This document shows positions 48,628 to 57,221 of a DNA stretch of 64,000 bases, piece by piece (positions within the stretch are counted from its first letter, which is position 1; the number at the start of each line of letters is the position of its first letter). The position numbers and the translations under genes were made by a program. The DNA comes from Longimicrobiales bacterium. GTDB taxonomy: Bacteria > Gemmatimonadota > Gemmatimonadetes > Longimicrobiales > Gaopeijiaceae. The stretch spans positions 416,001 through 480,000 of the forward strand of contig JAWLHJ010000005.1 in NCBI GenBank assembly GCA_041690395.1, in the 5' to 3' direction. The notes beneath the pieces are model-generated. The model was not told the DNA's origin. It saw nothing but the letters and a program-made list of their open reading frames with translations, and ran no database searches.

Positions 48628-51243
48628 GTGAGAAGGCTCTGGCTCCTGTCCGTCTGCCTGCTCGTCCCCCGGGACGAGCGCGTGGAGTGGGTGGAGGAGT
48701 GGGAAGGGGAGCTCGCCGCCTCCGGGTGGCGTTGGGTCGACGCGTTCGGGGCCCTCCCGGACGCCTGGCACTTGAGACGGGATGGGTGGACGATGGGACG
48801 CATGACGCAGGACGTGAGGCACGCGATCAAGGGACTCTGGCGGAAGCCCTTCTTCACCGCGCTCGCGGGGCTGACGCTCGCGATCGGCATCGGCGCGAAC
48901 ACCGCTATCTACAGCGTGGTCGACAGCGTGCTGCTCGACCCTCTGCCGTATCCGGAGAGCGACCGGCTCTACACGGTGAACCACACGGCCCCGGGTCTCG
49001 GCGTGCCGATCCTCCCCTACTCCGAGGGGATGTACCTGATGTACGCCGACGCCCTGGCCAGCCTGGACGGCCTCGCCGTCTTCCAGATGGACAACGTGAA
49101 CCTCGTGTTGGGGTCCGAGCCCGAGCGACTGTCTTCGGCCCGGGTCACGCAGCGCTTCTTCGACGTGCTCGGGGTACCTCCCACGCTCGGACGCACCTTC
49201 GTGGCGGGCGAGGACCGGGAGGGCGCGGAGCCGCTCGCGGTGCTCGGCTACGGTCTCTGGCGGCAGACGTTCGGCGGTGACCCTTCGGTGGTCGGCCGGA
49301 CGGTCGAGATGGACGGCGTCATGAGGCGGGTGATCGGCGTCATGCCCGAAGGCTTCCAGTTTCCCCAGGACGCCGAGATGTGGACGCAGCTCGAGGTCGA
49401 TCCGGCGGACGCCGACCAGGGGTCGTTCAGCTACATGGGGATAGGGCGGCTGACCGCGGGGGCCACGCCCGAGGCGCTCAACCAGGAGATGGACCAGCTC
49501 CTCCTCCGGTTCGCGGACGTGAACGGCGACGACCTGCCGCGCACGGTCCTGGAGCAGGGACAGATCCGCGGCGACGCCAAGCCCCTGAAGGAGATGTACG
49601 TCGAGGACATCCGGCAGGCGCTGTGGGTCGTGCTCGGAACGGTGGGCTTCGTGCTCCTGATCGCCTGCGCCAACGTCGCCAACCTCTTCCTCGTGCGCGC
49701 GGAGGCGAGGCAGCGGGAGCAGGCGGTACGGACCGCCATGGGCGCGACCCGCGGCGACATGATCCGGCACTATCTCACCGAGAGCGTGACGCTGGGTCTC
49801 GGTGCCGGCGTCATCGGCCTCGGGCTCGCCAGCCTCGGCGTGCGGGGCCTGTTGGCGATGGCTCCGGTGGCGCTCCCCCGGGCGGCCGAAGTCGGGATCG
49901 ACGGGAGTGTGCTCGCGTACACGGCGGTGATCTCCATCCTCTCCGGCCTGCTTTTCGGGCTCTTCCCGGTGTTCGGATACGCCAACCGTGACCTGTCGGG
50001 GGCCTTGAAGGAGGGCGGGCGGTCGTCGACCACCGGCAGGGGGCGGAGCCGGGTCCAGAGTGGGCTCGTCGTCGCCCAGGTCGCGCTGGCGCTCATGCTG
50101 CTGGTCGGCTCGGGGCTGATGGCCCGCAGCTTCGCGGCGATCCGCTCGGTCGATCCGGGCTTCGAGGAGGAGGGCAGACTGACGTTCCGGATCTCGCTTC
50201 CCTCCGCCGAGTACCCGGAGGTCGAGGACGCAAGCGCGTTCTACCGAGCGTTCCGGGATCGTCTCGAGGCCGAGCCGGGCGTGACCCGGGCGGCGCTCGC
50301 GTCGTCCATGCCGCTCACGGGATCGCGGGCCCAGAGCTCGTTCCGACCCGACGACCAGCCCCTCCCCGAGGGAGAGCTCGGTCCGCTCGTGAACCTGCAC
50401 TGGGCCGGGCCTGGATACTTCGAGGCCATGGGGATCGAGATCGTGGAGGGCCGTGGGCTCGGGGAGGACGACGCGGCCGGCGGACTCCGGTCCGTCGTGG
50501 TGAGTGAGCGGATGGCCCGCCAGCTCTGGCCCGGCGAGGGGTCCGTGCTCGGACGTCGTATCGTGGGCATGGGCGACACCGACGAGAGCTGGGAGATCGT
50601 CGGCGTGGTGCGGGACGTGCACTTCGAGAGCCTGTCCGAGGAGCCCGGGCTGATGGCGTATTTCCCACTGGTGTCGGGGGACTCGGACGCCGCGTTCGCC
50701 CAACGGGCCCTCTCCGTGGTGGTGCATGGAAGGGGGGACCCGCTCGCGCTCGTCGACGGCGCGCGGCAGGCGCTCCGCGAGGTGGACGGACGGCTGCCGA
50801 TGGTCGATCCCCGACCGCTGGCCCGGGTCGTGAGTGAGGCGAGCGCCGCGACGTCGTTCACCGTCGTGCTCCTCGGCATCGCGGCGAGCATCGCGCTCCT
50901 GCTCGGGGCGGTCGGGATCTACGGCGTCATCTCGTACGTGGTGGGGCGGCGCACCCAGGAGATCGGCGTGCGGATGGCCCTCGGCGCACCGGCGGGGCTC
51001 GTGCTGCGGAACGTCATCGGGCAGGGGATGGCCCTCGCCGGAACCGGGGTGGTGGTCGGCCTGGTCGGCGCGTGGGGCGCGAGCCGGGTGCTCGCGTCGC
51101 TCCTGTACGGGGTGAGCGCGACGGATCCCACGACCTATGCGGTCACCGCGGGCGCGCTGGCGTTCGTGGCGCTGGTGGCGTCGTGGCTCCCGGCCCGCCG
51201 GGCAGCCGGACTCGACCCGGTGAGGGCGTTGAAGGCGGAGTAG
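48628..51243 (+). CDS. ADOP-type duplicated ABC permease (module 3)
   Basis: TLAIGIGANTAIYSVV, VLLIACANVANLFL, GIYGVISYVV.RRTQEIGVRMALGA, PARRAAGLDP..ALKAE. Confidence 0.95.
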   Translation: MRRLWLLSVCLLVPRDERVEWVEEWEGELAASGWRWVDAFGALPDAWHLRRDGWTMGRMTQDVRHAIKGLWRKPFFTALAGLTLAIGIGANTAIYSVVDSVLLDPLPYPESDRLYTVNHTAPGLGVPILPYSEGMYLMYADALASLDGLAVFQMDNVNLVLGSEPERLSSARVTQRFFDVLGVPPTLGRTFVAGEDREGAEPLAVLGYGLWRQTFGGDPSVVGRTVEMDGVMRRVIGVMPEGFQFPQDAEMWTQLEVDPADADQGSFSYMGIGRLTAGATPEALNQEMDQLLLRFADVNGDDLPRTVLEQGQIRGDAKPLKEMYVEDIRQALWVVLGTVGFVLLIACANVANLFLVRAEARQREQAVRTAMGATRGDMIRHYLTESVTLGLGAGVIGLGLASLGVRGLLAMAPVALPRAAEVGIDGSVLAYTAVISILSGLLFGLFPVFGYANRDLSGALKEGGRSSTTGRGRSRVQSGLVVAQVALALMLLVGSGLMARSFAAIRSVDPGFEEEGRLTFRISLPSAEYPEVEDASAFYRAFRDRLEAEPGVTRAALASSMPLTGSRAQSSFRPDDQPLPEGELGPLVNLHWAGPGYFEAMGIEIVEGRGLGEDDAAGGLRSVVVSERMARQLWPGEGSVLGRRIVGMGDTDESWEIVGVVRDVHFESLSEEPGLMAYFPLVSGDSDAAFAQRALSVVVHGRGDPLALVDGARQALREVDGRLPMVDPRPLARVVSEASAATSFTVVLLGIAASIALLLGAVGIYGVISYVVGRRTQEIGVRMALGAPAGLVLRNVIGQGMALAGTGVVVGLVGAWGASRVLASLLYGVSATDPTTYAVTAGALAFVALVASWLPARRAAGLDPVRALKAE

Positions 51244-51314
51244 CGCACCGATCTGGCCGGTCGCTCGGCCGCGCTCGTATGTTGGCCTTCCACTCACCTC
51301 GGGGAGGCTCGTCG

Positions 51315-53597
51315 ATGCGGTCGATCACACGGTGGAAGGGACTCTCGGTCGCGGCGGCCGGACGGATGGCGGCCGCCGTGGCCGGGCTGGTCACGGCACA
51401 GGTGGCCGCGGCCGTCGCGCCCGTCACGGCCGGCGCTCAGGCGGTGTCCGAGCCTCTCACCTGCGACCTGGCCGGCTACCGGCACCATCCCGATCTGACC
51501 GCCCGCGTCTCCGGCGACGTCCTCGCGGTCGAGTGGGCCGGCGCGGGTGACGAGCGGGTGAGTCTCCGCTTCGCCATCCGGGACGGCGTGCCCGTCATCG
51601 ACGAGCTCGCGCTCCGAGCCGGTGAGGGCACCGCCTGGGTCCCTCTCGCGACCGACGCCCGCGTCGAGTACTCCATCGTCGAGGGACTCCGGCGCATCAG
51701 CAACCAGCAGCTCGTGCCGCTCCGGGGCCTCGGGGTCGAGCTGACCTCCGAGGTCGTCGATCGGTACAAGTGGGACGTGTTCTGGGACGCTCCCCTCGAC
51801 CTGCGGGACGAGCCGGGCGGCAACAACCCGCCGCCGCCCGAGGGCGTGGCCCACCAGCCCGGCCTCCCGCGCGACCCGGGCGAGATCCGGCGGGCGACCG
51901 CGGCCCACGCCGCGACCGGGTGCTCGGTCACGACCGACGGGAGCCATCTAGGCGTGTCGTTCGACGGCATGCGCCTCGGCTCGTTCGACGGCGAGCTCGT
52001 GTTCACGGTCTACCGGGGCACCAACCTCGTCCGCGTGGAGGCCGTGGGCGCCACCGAGCTACCGTCGGTGGCCTACAAGTACGACGTCGGGATCACCGGC
52101 CTGGACGCGACCGCCGGAGGGCGGGTCGTCTGGCGGGACATCGCCAACCGGCTCCAGTCGTACCGGCCCGCCGGGCTGCCGAACGACGCCTACGTGCCGG
52201 TCCGGGCGGCGAACCGCCTGGTCGCGGCCGAGACCCGCGGGGGCGCCATCGCGGCGTTCCCGCCGCCCCATACGTTCTTCTGGGCCCGGGAGGTCGAGAT
52301 CAACGTGGGGAACAACTGGTACCGGACGGACGACGACGGATCGTTCGCCGTCGGCATCCGGCAGGGCGAGCAGGAGGTGGTCGACCGGTATCTGGCGAAC
52401 TGGTCGCTCTACAGCGCCCCGCCCGGGTCGGAGCAGCGAATGGCCGGCTACTTCTATCCGACGCTGGGCGATGCCGGCGCCGCCCTGGACGCCGCCCTGG
52501 CCTTCACGAACGGAGACGTGTACCGGCCGCTGGAAGGCTACCGCGTCATGGGCAGCCACTACCACACGGACGTCGGGCGGAACCTCATCGCGTCCGGCAG
52601 CCTGGACACCCGCCTTCCGGACTTCGAGGCGCTGCGCGCTACGGGCATGGACATCGTCGGTCCGGTCGACCGGCCCAGGGACCCGACACAGCTCGAGGAG
52701 CAGCACGCGCTCTTCGAGGGGGCCCGGCGGCACTCCGATTCGGACTTCGTGGTCATGCCGCAGATGGAGAACAGCAACCTGCTCGGCGGCCACTGGGACC
52801 TGCTCTTCAGCCACCCCGTCTACTACGTGGACGAGCGCGCGCCCGGCACGCCCCTCGTGACGGAGCATCCCGAGTACGGGCGCATGTACAACATCGGTAG
52901 CGCCGAAGACATGATGGCTATGGTCGAGGCCGAGGACATGCTCATCTACATGCCCCATCCCCGCACCAAGGGATCCACCGGATACCCGGATGCGGTGCGC
53001 GAGACGCCTCAGTTCCTGAGCGACCGGTACCGGGGCGTCGGATGGCGATGGGGGATGGGGTCCGACCTGTCCGAGCAGCGGCTGTCGGACTTCCGGGTCA
53101 TCCCGCTCTTCGACGAGATGAACAACTGGATGGTCGGGACGGGGGCCGCGCCGAAGGGGCTCCTGGCCATCACCGAGACGTACCGGAAGCAGCCCGGGGA
53201 CGACGTCTACGCGAACGGCCCGGTCACGTACCTGAAGCTCGACGAGCTCCCGGAGTCCGGCGACTACGCGCCCATCGTGGACGTGCTCGAGCGGGGCGAC
53301 TACTTCGTGACGTCCGGGGAGGTTCTCGTCCCGTCCGTGCGCTACGAGGGGACGGGCGCCGACGCTCGGGTCGTGGCCGACGTCACCTGGACGTTCCCGC
53401 TCTCGTTCGTGGAGGTCGTCATGGGCGACGGCGAGCGGACCACGACGCGCAGGCTGTCGGCGACGGACCATCCGGCGTTCGGGTCACGCACCTTCACCAT
53501 CCCCGTCGACGTGACGGGCCAGCGCTGGATCCGGTTCGCCGCGTGGGATACGGCGGGGAACGGGGCGATGACGATGCCGGTGCGGCTCGGGGGGTAG
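51315..53597 (+). CDS. Large secreted hypothetical protein with a possible C-terminal PHP-like metallohydrolase domain
   Basis: Signal peptide; SHYH, E..GGHW and MPHP motifs in PHP-like order; C-terminal WIRFAAWD. Confidence 0.6.
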   Translation: MRSITRWKGLSVAAAGRMAAAVAGLVTAQVAAAVAPVTAGAQAVSEPLTCDLAGYRHHPDLTARVSGDVLAVEWAGAGDERVSLRFAIRDGVPVIDELALRAGEGTAWVPLATDARVEYSIVEGLRRISNQQLVPLRGLGVELTSEVVDRYKWDVFWDAPLDLRDEPGGNNPPPPEGVAHQPGLPRDPGEIRRATAAHAATGCSVTTDGSHLGVSFDGMRLGSFDGELVFTVYRGTNLVRVEAVGATELPSVAYKYDVGITGLDATAGGRVVWRDIANRLQSYRPAGLPNDAYVPVRAANRLVAAETRGGAIAAFPPPHTFFWAREVEINVGNNWYRTDDDGSFAVGIRQGEQEVVDRYLANWSLYSAPPGSEQRMAGYFYPTLGDAGAALDAALAFTNGDVYRPLEGYRVMGSHYHTDVGRNLIASGSLDTRLPDFEALRATGMDIVGPVDRPRDPTQLEEQHALFEGARRHSDSDFVVMPQMENSNLLGGHWDLLFSHPVYYVDERAPGTPLVTEHPEYGRMYNIGSAEDMMAMVEAEDMLIYMPHPRTKGSTGYPDAVRETPQFLSDRYRGVGWRWGMGSDLSEQRLSDFRVIPLFDEMNNWMVGTGAAPKGLLAITETYRKQPGDDVYANGPVTYLKLDELPESGDYAPIVDVLERGDYFVTSGEVLVPSVRYEGTGADARVVADVTWTFPLSFVEVVMGDGERTTTRRLSATDHPAFGSRTFTIPVDVTGQRWIRFAAWDTAGNGAMTMPVRLGG

Positions 53598-53673
53598 CCA
53601 CGAGAGCGGCCGACGCCGCGGAAGCGAGCCGGTCCGTGACCCCGTTCCAACCCTGACGGCCTCTTGCGGGTCT

Positions 53674-53711
53674 ATACAGGCACGCGGATATATATAGCAT
53701 CGTGCATGTAT
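53674..53711 (+). promoter_or_regulatory. Candidate PadR-4 operator (38-bp dyad)
   Basis: ATACAGGCACG-CGGATATATATAGCAT-CGTGCATGTAT: 11-bp arms with one mismatch, ending 17 bp before the ATG. Confidence 0.65.
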
Positions 53712-53728
53712 GACCACCCGGAGCCGCC

Positions 53729-54082
53729 ATGCCTTCCGACAGCCTGCTCACGCCCCTGGAGTTCCACGTGCTGATCGCCCTCGCCCGGGGCGACGCGTAC
53801 GGCTACGCCCTCATGACCGCGGTCGAGGAGGAGTCGTCCGGGCGGGTCGCGCCGGATGTGGGCAGCCTGTACCGGGTCCTGGCGCGGCTGATGGCGCGCG
53901 GGCTCGTCGAGGAGCGGCCGACGCCGAAGGACGCCGACCAGGACCACCCTGGAAAGGCTCGCCGGTACTACGGCCTCACGGACGAAGGTCGCGCGACCGC
54001 GGCCGATGAGGCCCGCCGGATGGCCGAGCTGGTCGATCTCGCTCAGGCCCGGCGCCTCTTCGCCGCCGGAGACTCGTCGTGA
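53729..54082 (+). CDS. PadR-family transcriptional regulator (module 4)
   Basis: LTPLEFHVLIAL...YGYAL...GSLYRVLARL...RRYYGLT..GR. Confidence 0.92.
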   Translation: MPSDSLLTPLEFHVLIALARGDAYGYALMTAVEEESSGRVAPDVGSLYRVLARLMARGLVEERPTPKDADQDHPGKARRYYGLTDEGRATAADEARRMAELVDLAQARRLFAAGDSS

Positions 54083-56739
54083 GGGTTGCGCGCCTGCTGG
54101 TTGCCGCTGCCCTCCGCACGCTCCCAGCCCCCTTCCGCCGGAGGTTCGGCGAGGCGATGGCCGACACGGTCGACGCCGGCCTGAGCGCACGGCGGGGGCT
54201 CACGCGTCTCGCCTTCCTCGTTCGCTCGCTGGCCGGGATCGTCCTGGTCGGGATTCGCGAGCGGATCTCGCCGACTCCGCACCCGGCGGAGCGGCCGTCA
54301 CACTCCGGTCGCGCACCCCTCATGGATTCCGTTCTGCAAGAGTTCCGGTTCGCCGTGCGAGCCCTCCGCCGCCGGCCCGCGTTCACGTTCGTCGCCGTCC
54401 TTACGCTGGCGCTCGGGATCGGGTCCACGACCGCGGTCTTCAGCGTCGTGAACGGCGTCCTGCTCCGGCCGCTTCCGTATCCGGAGGCGGACCGGGTGAT
54501 GGCCGTCTCGACGTACCAGACGCCGGACGGACCGGGCGAGCGCCGCTGGAACATGTCCCAGCCCGACCTCGAGAGCGTGCGGGCGAGCGCGAGCTTCGCC
54601 GCGGTGGAAGGATGGTCCAGCAGCACGATGACGCTCACCGGAGACGGCGACCCCCGGCTCGTCGTGGGCACTCGGGTCACCGGGGGGCTCCTGCACGTGT
54701 TCGGGCTCTCGCCGCACCTGGGCCGGGACCTCGAGCATGACGAGAACATGCCCGGCGCCGCACCCACGGTCGTCGTGTCGCACGCCTTCTGGCGGACGCA
54801 GCTCGGCGGGAGCCCGGACGTGCTGGGCTCGACCCTGGAGATCGCCGAGGAGTCGTACGAGATCGTCGGCGTCGCCCCCGCCGGATTCGACTACCCGCGG
54901 GAGGCCGAGCTCTGGATCCCCCGGCGACTCGACACGGAGGGGTGCGGGCGGGGGTGCCATACGTTTCAGACCGTCGCGAGGCTGGCCGAAGGGGTCGGCT
55001 TCGAACAGGCGAGACAGGAGCTGTCCGCGCTCGCTGCCTCGTTGGCCGACGCGTTCCCGGACTCGAACTTCCAGAAGGGGATGCGCGTGGAGCGCCTCGT
55101 CGACTACCTGGTCGGCGACGTTCGACGGGGTCTCTGGATGCTGCTGGGCGCCGTGGGCGTCGTGCTGCTCATCGCCTGCGTGAATGTCGCCAACCTCCTG
55201 CTCGTCCGCGGCTCGAGTCGCACATCGGAGGTGGCCGTCCGCTCGGCCCTCGGTGCGGGTCCGACGCGGGTCGTGGGAGCGGTGCTCGTCGAGAGCGCGG
55301 TGCTCGCCGGGGCGGGCGCCTTGTTGGGCCTCTTGGTGGCGTGGGGCGCGGTGGGTGCGCTCGATCTCGTTCCACCCGGAGCGGTGCCGCGCCTCGACGC
55401 CGTCTCCCTCGACGGGACCGTGTTGCTCTTCGCCTCGAGCGTGACGGTGGCCGTCACGCTCCTGTTCGGTCTCTGGCCGGCCCTCAGGCTCGCACGCACG
55501 GCGCCCGCCGGTGACCTCGGTGGAGCCGCACGCTCCGGCGGGAATCGGACGGACGCGCGCAGCCGCTCGACGCTTCTTGCGGCCGAGGTCGCGCTGTCGG
55601 TGGTTCTGCTCGCCGGGGCAGGCCTTTTCGTGCGCAGCTTGTCCGAGCTGACCACCGTCGACCTGGGATTCCAGGAGCGGGAGATCGTCCGGTTCTCTCT
55701 GAGCCTCCCGTCCGCGCGGTACGACGAGCTTCCCGAGATCGCCGGACACTACCAGGAGCTGGAGGCCCGGCTTCTCGCGCTGCCCGAGGTCGAGGCCGTC
55801 GGCTCCACGTACGATGCTCCGCTCGGCTTCGTGAGCATCTCCGGGGAGGTCCGGGTGCAGGGGCGGCCCATTCCAGGCCCGGGCGAAGGCAACGAGGCGT
55901 ATCTGCGGCCGTCGACGCCCGGCTTCTTCGAGGCGATCGGCCTTCCGGTGCTTCGGGGGAGGGGAATCGAGCCGAGCGACCGTGCGGAGTCGGAAGCGGT
56001 CGTCGTGGTGAACGAGGAGTTCGTGCGGCAGAACTTCCCCGACGAGGAGGTGCTCGGCCAGCGGATCGGCGTGACCGCGGGGTGGCGCTACCAGCGCGAC
56101 AGCCTTTACACGGTCGTCGGCGTCGTGCCCGACACCCGGTCGCGGCTCTCGGACCCTCCCGTGCCCGCCGTGTATCTGCCCCACGCTCAGTTCGGCCCCG
56201 GAAATCTGACGGTGCACATGCGTGGCCGGACCGGCGCCACGGGGCTCATCGAGCGCGCACGAGAGGAAGTGCGCGCCCTCGATCCGGGTCTGCCGCTCGC
56301 CCGTGTGGAGACCCTCGGCGAGGCCGTCCGGCGCGGCACCGCGACCACGCGCTTCTACCTCTCGATCGTCGCGATCTTCGCGGGACTCGCCGTGGTGATG
56401 GCGGCGGTTGGGCTCTACGGCGTCGTGTCGTACCTGGTGTCGCGCAGGACACGGGAGATCGGCATTCGCGTCGCTCTCGGGGCCGGCACGGAGCGGGTGA
56501 GGCGGATGGTCGTGATGGAGGGGCTCCGGCCGGCGCTCGCCGGTCTGGTGCTCGGGATCGGCGGGGCGCTCCTCGCGGGCCGGGTCCTCGACGGGCTCCT
56601 GTTCCAGGTCCAACCCGGGGATCCGTCGGTGTTGGGGGCGGTCGCGCTGATCCTGCTCGCGGTGGCGACCGTCGCGACCATCGTTCCCGCGGCGCGCGCG
56701 ACCCGAGTCGACCCCGTGACGGCGCTTCGGGCGGACTGA
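54079..56739 (+). CDS. ADOP-type duplicated ABC permease (module 4)
   Basis: TLALGIGSTTAVFSVVNGVLL, LLIACVNVANLLL, GLYGVVSYLVSRRTREIGIRVALGA, DP.TALRAD. GTGA overlap with PadR. Confidence 0.95.
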   Translation: MRVARLLVAAALRTLPAPFRRRFGEAMADTVDAGLSARRGLTRLAFLVRSLAGIVLVGIRERISPTPHPAERPSHSGRAPLMDSVLQEFRFAVRALRRRPAFTFVAVLTLALGIGSTTAVFSVVNGVLLRPLPYPEADRVMAVSTYQTPDGPGERRWNMSQPDLESVRASASFAAVEGWSSSTMTLTGDGDPRLVVGTRVTGGLLHVFGLSPHLGRDLEHDENMPGAAPTVVVSHAFWRTQLGGSPDVLGSTLEIAEESYEIVGVAPAGFDYPREAELWIPRRLDTEGCGRGCHTFQTVARLAEGVGFEQARQELSALAASLADAFPDSNFQKGMRVERLVDYLVGDVRRGLWMLLGAVGVVLLIACVNVANLLLVRGSSRTSEVAVRSALGAGPTRVVGAVLVESAVLAGAGALLGLLVAWGAVGALDLVPPGAVPRLDAVSLDGTVLLFASSVTVAVTLLFGLWPALRLARTAPAGDLGGAARSGGNRTDARSRSTLLAAEVALSVVLLAGAGLFVRSLSELTTVDLGFQEREIVRFSLSLPSARYDELPEIAGHYQELEARLLALPEVEAVGSTYDAPLGFVSISGEVRVQGRPIPGPGEGNEAYLRPSTPGFFEAIGLPVLRGRGIEPSDRAESEAVVVVNEEFVRQNFPDEEVLGQRIGVTAGWRYQRDSLYTVVGVVPDTRSRLSDPPVPAVYLPHAQFGPGNLTVHMRGRTGATGLIERAREEVRALDPGLPLARVETLGEAVRRGTATTRFYLSIVAIFAGLAVVMAAVGLYGVVSYLVSRRTREIGIRVALGAGTERVRRMVVMEGLRPALAGLVLGIGGALLAGRVLDGLLFQVQPGDPSVLGAVALILLAVATVATIVPAARATRVDPVTALRAD

Positions 56740-56770
56740 GGGGGAGGCAACAGGCGACCTTCGGGGTCAT

Positions 56771-56833
56771 CCCATTGACAGCTTAGGGGTGCTGGTGACA
56801 TCCTCCATGTGCGTCCCCTGGACATCTTAGGGG
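56771..56833 (+). promoter_or_regulatory. PadR-5 promoter with two operator-like dyads
   Basis: CCCATTGACAGCTTAGGGG (56771-56789, contains TTGACA) and CCCCTGGACATCTTAGGGG (56815-56833). Confidence 0.7.
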
Positions 56834-56882
56834 GCGCCTCCCACGGATTCCACCGTGGACTCCACACCGGACCCGGCATCCT

Positions 56883-57221
56883 ATGGAACTGCTCCAGGGC
56901 ACCCTCGACGTCATGATCCTGAAGGCCCTGGAGTGGGGGCCGCGCCACGGCTATGCCGTGAGCCGGTGGATCAAGAGCACCACCCGGGATGTCCTGACGG
57001 TCGAGGAGGGGGCGCTCTATCCGGCGCTCCACCGCTTGCGGCGCAAGGGGCTGGTCGAGTCGGAGTGGGGCGTATCCGAGAACAACCGGCGGGCGAAGTT
57101 CTACGCGCTCACGCCGAAGGGGCGCCAGGCGTTGGCCGAGGAGGCCGACAGTTGGGACGCCTACGCGAGGGCCGTCGACCGGGTCCTCAAGGCGGAGTCG
57201 CCGGGAGGCGCGAACGGATGA
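56883..57221 (+). CDS. PadR-family transcriptional regulator, acidobacterial type (module 5)
   Basis: LLQGTLDVMILKAL..GPRHGY...EEGALYPALHRL...EWG.SENNRRAKFY.LT. Confidence 0.95.
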   Translation: MELLQGTLDVMILKALEWGPRHGYAVSRWIKSTTRDVLTVEEGALYPALHRLRRKGLVESEWGVSENNRRAKFYALTPKGRQALAEEADSWDAYARAVDRVLKAESPGGANG

